Source: Tubulanus polymorphus
Taxonomy: Eukaryota > Animalia > Nemertea
DNA length: 64,000 nucleotides
Direction of reading: 5' to 3'
NCBI RefSeq assembly: GCF_964204645.1
Contig: NC_134032.1
Coordinates: forward strand, 2,228,416-2,292,415
The notes beneath the pieces were generated by a model. The model was not told where the DNA came from, did no database searches, and saw nothing but the letters and a program-made list of their open reading frames with translations. The stretch's first letter is position 1; each line of letters opens with the position of its first letter. The position numbers and the translations under genes were made by a program. Positions 55,043 to 64,000 of the stretch are shown here, piece by piece.

Positions 55043-57359
55043 TAATGGATACACCCCAGGGAATACAGGGTATCAAAGTGTGGAACCAGATTTGAGACTC
55101 GTCATAGGCCTAGTGTTCCAATATCAAACCGGTTTTCATTCAAATGGTCTTCCCTGAGTACAAAGAAATTGCTAGACTGCGGAATAAATCATGTTGTCGA
55201 GTCATTGCTTTTAAGAATCTCACAATGCGCGCAAGTTCAGAGCGATGCAACAATAAAACTTGGTACGCGTCGTGGTACGATGTGAAAATGCTGTAGGTTA
55301 AAAAAATCACATGTATATGTAAAACATAAAGAGAAACCAGCACCACTGTGGCAAGAAAGATCTGAAAAGGTTATGTCAAAACGTCAAATCAATAAATTAT
55401 TAGCTTAAGAAGGTTCATTTTTGTAGTTGTATATTACAGTGGGATTCTCCATATATCGTCACAAGAAGGACAAAGTATTTAAAAAATGGCTAACACGTAG
55501 GTAAAAGTGGAAAGGTGGAAAGCTAATCGTCAAAGTGCGGCTTGGCCATGCTCGTTCTGCATCGAATGGTCTAATTTCGAAGAATATCGATGGAATTTTC
55601 CTTTTTTGAAAAAAACAACATTTCTACGAATATAGAAAGTACCTTCGTGTTCGCCGAATTTCCAAGTTCCTTTTTTCCGTAAATAGGGACACCTTACCCT
55701 TCATATTTGTCTTCAAGCCAGCCGCGAATTCACAATGTTAGGAACGAACTTAACGCGTTTTGTAATTACGGCAAAAAGAACGTTTCAAAAAATCCCGTTT
55801 GAAATTAAGCAAATCAGACTACTTCTGAAATTTACATTCAAACGCAAACTTTTAGAGATAATGACCGGCCGCAATTTGCAAACAGATGAAAAAAGATCGT
55901 AAACCCGAATGTCTTTCGGTACCCACATTGACGGCAAAAATATCAACAACTGTTGTTTATTCTTTCAAAATTCTTTTAACCATTTTATTGTAGAAATTTT
56001 CATTTTTTGGTTGAATTTGTATCGGGATTTATCTCTTGTTATTCATCTTACACGGATATTGTGTATCTTCTCGTCTCATCAATTTCTGATGCCGTAAAAA
56101 CGTTACAATAAGCCTTTTTACAGTTTCCATGCGCCATTTTTGGGTACCCGCATTGATTTTTTGTCCATATTTTTCCCCCCCGTTTAATTTTTTTTTATTT
56201 CGTTCATATCTCTGGATTGGATTAAGATAGAAACCGAGTAAAAATATCGATGAACTCGGCTGATAATTAGACTTTGTATGATATTACTCATTTATAAAGT
56301 TAATGCAACAATGCGCGCTGGTAAAATTATAAACATAGATATCGTCTTCCCGATGATTCAACTTTAATTATTGCTCATGCCATTCAAAAGTTCTTAATTC
56401 TTACAAATCTTAATCTCCATTTTTGAAGTTTTCAGGATCAATAGACATATATACTTTTTACAGTTTTCGATTATCTTTATTAGTTTTTAGGTTATAGCGA
56501 GTCAAACATCCAAAACACGTTTTCTTGTTGATAAACATCGATAACTATGTGTTATATTATAAGGGGTTTTGTGCGAGTCGACGTGCACTATGTCACAGAT
56601 ATTAGCTAATTATTTATAATCACAACATCAATTACAGTAACAATTATAATGATAATTAAAATTATGATTACAGTTATGAATCTTGGAGTTTATTTTGCAA
56701 AATTAGATATATTTCATAATTCTATCGGAGCTAGACTGGCTGCTGGTGAATTCAATTCAATTTTTCGCACGCGACCCAGAGGTTGTGTACATTTTGTAAT
56801 CTGCAGCAGATTGAGCATGCGCCTGCCCAGTGTTTCATATTCTAAGAACAATTAGGCTTCTGCACATCGACTCAGATAACCCCGTTGGATTTATTCTCTA
56901 CTGACAACCCCGCGTCTCTTAGCCAGCTAGCAAACTTCATCATCCAAGCAAACCACCTCAAGGAATTTGAACGCAATCAACAGTACATTTGAATACAAAA
57001 ACTCTGTTGTGCTTCGTAGGCCAAATCTTGGCCGGTCGTCGTTTAAGTCGTTTTCTTCTATGTATGTGGGTTACGTATGACATGTAAATGAAGCGAGTTG
57101 AACAATAAAATCGATAAATTATCAACCTATATAGTTTCGTTTTGCGTTTTTCTACGATCGAGTTCGAGTTCATATGAAAATAATGATTGTGTCCAAATCT
57201 GTAAGTTGAGCTTGTGTGCTGCGTTCGAAAAAAGGACCATACGAGACCTTTAACAAACGCTCGACTTGGAAACTGTTATCTTTTCATTATCTAAGCAATT
57301 CAGGTATACGTACGTCTGATTTGGCAGGTACGAAAAAAATCCGATTTGGAGAGAATATT

Positions 57360-60344
57360 AGTAATTGGTAAATCAGGGTTTCAGACCAGAGTACGAGAGT
57401 ACGACACACACTCATCACCACCAGTTATTTTTTTCCCTAATAAATGGGAGACAGTGAGTACCAGACAGAAAACAATAATGTTAATAAAAATCAATATTAT
57501 TGCCCATATTGTAAAAAGTACATCGATAAAATAATAAATCTCATGAACATGTAAAAACTGCAAATCATATAAAAAATGTAATAGATTTTGAAACTCCAGA
57601 AAATTCCAATGAAAGAAAAGAACGATTAGAAAATATGAATGTGGGTATAATAAAATGTGAAGTTTGTAATGAATTTATAGCAAAAAAGGAATTATAAAAT
57701 ACATCTCGAATTGCAAAAACACAAACAAAATTTAAGTAATAATGTTTTAGGAACAGATTATTTTGATGATAAACCTCAACAAGTAAAAAAACCAGTTCCA
57801 AACACTAAATTTATTTCATATAAACCTTACATGGAAAATGTTAGAAATTATATTGATTCACTAGAAATAAAAGATACAATTGAAATCTTAGAAACATTAC
57901 GCGATAAAATTGGACCTGCAGCTATTGTATTTTGATTTTTTAAAGGTACAACAATATAAGCTTATAGTAAATTTTTTGAAATCATGGAAAAAATAATGGA
58001 CTTTATTACCGATGTTGAATATCCAAAAATTACTATTTCTGGGAAAGTGAGTTTTAAGAAATCAGAAAAAAAATGGATTATAATATTCAAACACACTCTG
58101 AAGAAATAATTTCAAAAACACAAATAAAAGAGAAATTAGAAAAAATATTTAATGAATTTAAACGTCATATTGAGGAAAGATATTTTGAGGGTTCTGGTTT
58201 AACATTGAATGAAATTATATTTTTAGATTTGAATATCTATAATACAAAAACGAATAAAGCATCAAAAAGTAAAACAATGTTTAAAAATGATTCAAACTTT
58301 AAAACAGAAAGGGATATTAAAGCAACAATTTATATCAAATTACCATCTACAACAAAAGCAGTAATAAATGTTCAAAATGAAGATAATAAATGTTTTCTAC
58401 GGTCAACTATTAGTTGCTTACATCCAACAGAAGATATTACTCATAGATTTAGAATAACAAATTACCGGAAATATGAAACATTATATAAAGTTGATCAATA
58501 TCCTGTAACTATAAAAATTGTTCCTGAAATAGAAAAAGTTAATAATTTAAAAATAAATGTATTCGAATTAATGCAATTACCAGAGACAAAAGGTGAAAAT
58601 ATTAAAGATTATACATTAGAAGCTTTATATTTAACAGAATATTATGATGATGAAAATGTTATAGATTTGTTATATTAAAAAAAAAGATGAAAATGGACAT
58701 TATATGTGGTTAAAACAAATTGATTTATTCTTTAGAACAGAAAGTGATCATCATAATATAATTTATCTATGTAGAAAATGTTTATCTAAATTTATGACTG
58801 AGAATGCGTTACTAAAACAAAGAATTATGTGATAATAAAGATTTTTGTAAATTAATAATGCCAACAAGAAAAGATTGTAAGTTGAAATTTACTAATCATA
58901 AATTTAAAAATATTGTTCCTTTTGTAATTTATGGGGATTTTGAATCGTTGAATAAAGAATTAACTGATCAAGATAGAAAAGAAATATATAATAAAAAGCA
59001 ATTTTTAAAATCAATGGATAAAGGAAATGAACTAAATGAAGATATAATTCGAGACCCACCAATTATAAATACAATTAAAAAAGTTCATCAAAGAGCTGCT
59101 GCTTATGGAATTTATATAAAATCAAATTATCCTGAATTATATGAAAGTCAATATATTTCTTTTAGAGGTGAAGATGTAGTTAATGAATTTTTTAATAACT
59201 TTATAGAATTAGAAAATGATTTTGCAAAATTATTAAACAAAAATAAAAGAATAGTTATGACAAAAGAAGATGAAATTGATTTTAATTATGCAACTCATTG
59301 TTGTTACTGTGAAAAACGTTTTAATTCATTTGATAAAAAAGTTAGAGATCATGATCATTTAAATTCAGAATATCGTGGAGCTGCTCATGAAGATTGCAAT
59401 TTACAAGCTAAGAAAGTTAATTTCGTACCAATATTATTTCATAATTTATCAGGCTATGATACCCATCTATTTATAAAACAATTATCAGGAAGTTTGGGCG
59501 CAATTAATGAAGAAATAGAAGAATATAATGCTATGAATGAAGCAAAAGTAAGAAAATATGATTTCAAACTATTAGCTAAAACATCTGAAAATTATATTTC
59601 ATTTCAATTTGGTTGCATTAGATTTTTAGATTCTTATAGATTTCTAGCAAGTTCGTTAGATAATTTCGCAAAAAGTTTAGTTGATAATAATTTTGTAATA
59701 ACTCGACATTATTATCCAAATGAACAAGATTTTAAATTATTGAGATATAAAGGTGCAATTCCTTATTCATTTTATAGAACACATGATGATTTTTATGTAA
59801 CAGAATTATTAAAACAACAATTTTATGATCAATTAAAAGAGGAGTATGTGAAAGATGAAGTTTTTAATAGAACATTTAATATTTGGAATCATTTTAGATA
59901 AAAAATCATGGTGAATTAGTAGATTTATATTTAAAATCAGATGTTATGATCTGTTCCTAAAACATTATTACTTAGATTTTGTTTGTGTTTTTGCGATTCG
60001 AGATGTCTTTTATAATTCCTTTTTGCTATAAATTCATTACAAACTTCACATTTTATTTCATCCACATTCATATTTTCTAATCGTTCTTTTCTTTCATTGG
60101 AATTTTCTGGGGTTTCAAAATCTATTAAATTTTTTATATGATTTGCAGTTTTTTCATGTTGAGATTTATCAGATTTATCGATGTATTTTTTACAATATGG
60201 GCAATAATATTGATTTTTATAAACATTATTGTTTTCTGTCTGGTACTCACTGTCTCCCATTCATTAGGGAAGAAAATAACTTGTGGTGATGAGTGTGTGT
60301 CGTACTCTCCTACTCTGGTCTGAAACCCTGATTTACCAATTACT
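57360..60344. mobile_element. Polinton segment B: 2985-bp element with ~400-bp inverted ends enclosing the 5' half of pPolB
   Basis: AATATT|AGTAATTGGTAAATCAGGG ... CCCTGATTTACCAATTACT|AATATT; 57360-~57758 is the reverse complement of ~59950-60344. Confidence 0.88.
57444..59947 (+). pseudogene. Protein-primed family B DNA polymerase, N-terminal half (Zn fingers, endonuclease-VII-like motif, 3'-5' exonuclease)
   Basis: EGSGLT; INVQNEDNKCF; PFVIYGDFESL; VRDHDHLNSEYRGAAHEDCNL; FHNLSGYDTHLFIK; FLDSYRFLASSL; YKGAIPY; ends at YLKSDV. Confidence 0.93.
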
Positions 60345-62223
60345 AATATTCATTCAGAAAATGAATGGGATATTTCTTCCGCATCAATGTTACGGCAAAA
60401 TTTGCTTTTCATTTTCATACTTCGCAGAACGGAACGCATCAAAAATCGGAAAATGCTTTGTTTTAAAACGATTTTCTAGTTTTCTGCAAAATCTCGAGAT
60501 CATAATTGAAAGAAAAAACTTCTTAAAGGCAAGTAATCCCTCAATTGAAGGCCAGTGCATATTGAATTAAATTGTCACAGTTGAAAAATACAAATGCACC
60601 TTGTCTTAGTAAAAAGTTCGAGTTTGCCGTGACCATCTAACTCGGGCCAAAACACGAAATTACTTTTCTACGGAAGCGTTCTAGGGACATCATTTAGGAA
60701 TAACAAAATTGTATTTTTGGTTGAGCAACATAAAATCATTTACGATTAATAAATAGTTTTGCCGATTTATCTCGAGTTAATATTTTCGTCTTTAATTCAA
60801 AATTCGATTTCCCGTCGATATCCACCACCGTCTCGGGGAGATCATTTATGAAAAATGAAAATTAGACTTTATGTCGAGTTATTATCTTTTATGAATTAAT
60901 GCATAAACACCATCTGAAAATAGAAATTGCTACATTTCTAACGATTCATAAGTTTATATTTTGTGCCAAAAGAGTGATAAACGACAATTAATCGCGCTAA
61001 AGGTTTTAGTTAAGAAAATCTTAAAATCTGTCCAACAAAACAGGACATGTGGAACTGTTTCAAAATGGCACCTGGTGTCTGGAAACCTTCCTATTAGGTG
61101 AGTTCTACCATAGTATTCTAATTCGTTTGTTGCCTATATGAGTTTTCGCCATTAAAAAAAACTACAATCTAAGAAAAAGTAATTTCTATGAATATATCGA
61201 GTTTGCCGAATTTCCAAGTGCCTTTTCCGAAGATTCACCCGTTCATACTGCAGTTCCATTCTAGGCATTCTAGCACTCCAGTTCTAGGGGCGGATCCAGG
61301 ATAATTGGAAGTCCGCGGTCAAGAAGAAAATAAAAGGCATTTCTAGGATAAAGCAGCAATATCAAAAGCCACTAGCGGGGACCAACTCTCAGTCTTGATA
61401 TGTTCTCGAAGAAAAAAATCATTAAAGCTTCTAATTCCGTGAGGATGGGCGCGAATTTCGCAGCTTTTAAATGTATTCTGCTCCCATATATTCCAAATTT
61501 GTAATACGAACCTTGGTGTGTTCCGAGAGATTCTTAGAAAGATCATCATCGTTAGATCCAAATGAGCTCAACTAGACACCCGCGTTGACTTGTTTTTCAA
61601 TTGAGGGCATGTTCAAAACTAGATTCAAGTGAGAAGTAAAAATAAGAGATACTAGTGGTGCCATCTGGAGGTTTGTATGTCCGGTGTATGAATCATTCGA
61701 TTCAACTTGTTTATGGGGCCAGCGGATAAAAGGCCCTGCGAATGCATTTATAATTAATGAGTTTAGATGAAATGTAGGTCGTTGCAAAAAAAAACGGTTT
61801 TGTGTAGTAAGCTATATAGCTTATGTGACTATCCTTTTGTCGGTTTGTTGGCCGGATAGAAATTTGCCGGCACTTGTTGTTCAAAAAGAAAAGAAACACG
61901 TTCGAATAGGTTACGTGTAGAAGATCATCTACTGAAATAGGGCTCAAATCAGAATTTCTAAATGCTGCATTTCTTTTTGAAAAAAAATGGTATTATGAAT
62001 GGATCGTACAAAGAGAAAGTCAAGATAAATGTATCGACAACGTATCAACTCTTTGATATTAGATTATAGTAGAGTAAATGGCCCCGTAACTTTCTAATCC
62101 CTACCAACCAATTTCATAATGTCGTACCTCTATCTACCGTTTAGATTTGTGTAATTCCTACGGTATCCCTTCTAAGTTTTTATGTATTTCCGACGCATAG
62201 CTCCTGCTAATGATGGTGGTTAG

Positions 62224-62353
62224 CGGTAAAAATCCTGTGGGTAACCCCCCCCCCCCCGGTAAAAATCCCCATGGTAAACCCCTCTAGGTAAAATTTCCCC
62301 GGGTAAAAATCCCTAGGTAAAATCCCACGGCAAAAATCCCCATGGTAAATTCC
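62224..62353. repeat. Short GGTAAAAATCCC-motif repeat cluster
   Basis: About 9 variants of GGTAAA(A)ATCCC separated by 2-10 bp. Confidence 0.75.
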
Positions 62354-62605
62354 CTAATCTGCCTTATTAAACTGTTTTGAGGCGTACTCGATTGGGTGTT
62401 CCTTCCCATCCTCACCGACTTGACTTAATACCATACCACATGCGAAATTACTTGCATCAGTTTGTAGAATAAATGGTTTGTCAAAGTCTGGGAACTTGAG
62501 AATGGGCAGAGTTTGAAGAGCAGCCATTGAAAAATTTTAAGCTTTTCAAAAGCCGTTTGACACTCTTTTGACCACACAAATTTAATATCTTTCTGCAAAA
62601 GTGTA
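62354..62605 (-). mobile_element. Ty3/Gypsy pol fragment (RT connection - RNase H)
   Basis: [22 protein letters not shown] then, after a frameshift, [50 protein letters not shown]. Confidence 0.88.
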
Positions 62606-63870
62606 TATAAGATTTCAATATGCTTTTCTCCAAAATGAGGTTGTAATACATTATAATAGAATTCATACATTAATAGTTTTGATATTTCTAAAACTGAAGC
62701 ACCAACATAGATTGGTTTATTAAATTTTATAGAAGTTCTTCTCATTTTAACTGCAGCTAAATTTTCATAAAGATATTCTTTTCCCAATAAATTTAGGATA
62801 TGTTTGTAAATGTCTAATTCTTTTATCATTACTAGCTAACTCAATATCATTCTATTTCTTATTTTTTCACAAGTCTTACCATAGAATGCATTATTCATTA
62901 ACTTGAAGAAATCTTTCTCGAAATCAGTTTTAGCTTTAGTTCTCTGTTTGGTGTTAAAATCTATATATTTTTCTAACCATTTAGATTGACTGAATGAAAT
63001 ATATCTATGTACTTTTTTTTAGAATCATTCCTTGTTTTAGATAAAACTTCAACATTCTATAATGTACTACATAATTATATTTATCTTCCTGAGTTACCAT
63101 TAACTTTTCTGTATGAATATGATTTTCAGGTTTAGTTCTTTTTTGATAATTTGATAATTCTTCATGTGTTACAGTTTTATGTTCGGGACAGTATGCTAGA
63201 TTTCTAGATTTAAATTTAATGTTTTCAGGATATTCTAAATCTACAACAAAGAAGTAACCAGTGTCTGAATCATCTGCAATATCTAGAATTATTTTCTTCC
63301 AATCAAATTTATCATTATTTTCATGTTGTAAATCTTCACTAATTTCAAATACTCCATAAGGTTGTGGTTCTATCATTGCCCAACCATATAGAGTATTTGC
63401 ATCTATATATAATAACTTATAACCAGGGTTATCATTTACATTGAAAAACCTATCACCTAATCCACCTGAAACTCCTCCTCTTGTAGATTTTTCAAATAAT
63501 AATAATTGATCTATATTTGTTAACAAATCCATTTTTATATCTGTAAATTTTAAACCACAATCCCAAGTTAATCCTGGTGATGAATAACAATGGCAAGGAT
63601 CAATATTAGAACATTTTAGATTTACATCTCTAAACATTTCAAATATATCCGATAATAATAATACATCTGATTTTAAATATAAATCTACTAATTGTCCATG
63701 ATTTTTCATTCCAAAATGATTCCAAATATTCAATGTTCTATTATAGACTTCATCTTTATGTTAACATATTCATTTTTTAATTCATCACAGAATTGTTCTT
63801 TTAATGATTCAGTTATATTGAAATCATTATGCGATTTATAAAATGAATATGGAATTGCGCCTTTATATCG
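62606..63870 (-). pseudogene. Polinton segment C: pPolB middle fragment (Exo III to just before motif C)
   Basis: RYKGAIPYSFY; YLKSDVLLLSDIFEMFR; RGGVS; YIDANTLYGWAM (motif A); FFKLMNNAFYGKT (motif B); KPIYVGASVLEISKLLMYEFYY; breaks at ILYT. Confidence 0.93.
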
Positions 63871-64000
63871 GGTGTTACTAAAACTATGCACAACTAAAAC
63901 GAAGACCGAAGACCTATGCACTCATTAGAAATCATAACTAGGGGCGCTATCTGTATTGATCCACAGCTAGATTTTCGTAGTATTTGAAAATGTTTCGTAG

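Noticed and set aside
43690-63870. One contiguous 20-kb Polinton carrying the GT31 gene
   Set aside because: Segment B has its own inverted ends and flanking duplication, B and C overlap in PolB sequence in opposite orientation, and host-like DNA intervenes

Overview
Eukaryotic genomic DNA from a bilaterian invertebrate (spliceosomal introns, AT-rich, TE-rich; species not determinable from the sequence). Left half: a five-zinc-finger odd-skipped-related (Osr) gene (5 coding exons seen, 3906-8967, first exon not found). It is followed by ~20 kb with no recognisable coding exons, containing MITEs, tRNA-derived SINEs, minisatellites and candidate enhancers. Three tandem arrays of a 167-bp unit each carry a minimal type-I hammerhead ribozyme (retrozyme/Penelope-like). 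Middle: an EPN C-type lectin (- strand), then a splice-compatible but damaged locus joining a beta-propeller-like ORF plus the start of a caspase domain to CUB, three PLAT-like domains, a stalk and a TM exon. The TM exon is cut by a TIR element carrying a ubiquitin-specific-protease Cys-box. Right: three decayed Polinton/Maverick (adintovirus-like) pieces. (A) An integrase + major capsid + penton block with a solo LTR inside. (B) A 3-kb element with ~400-bp inverted ends, a 6-bp flanking duplication and half a protein-primed PolB. (C) A second PolB fragment joined in frame to a Gypsy RNase H fragment. A GT31 galactosyltransferase and an L2 LINE fragment lie between A and B. All calls come from reading the sequence by eye; no searches were run.
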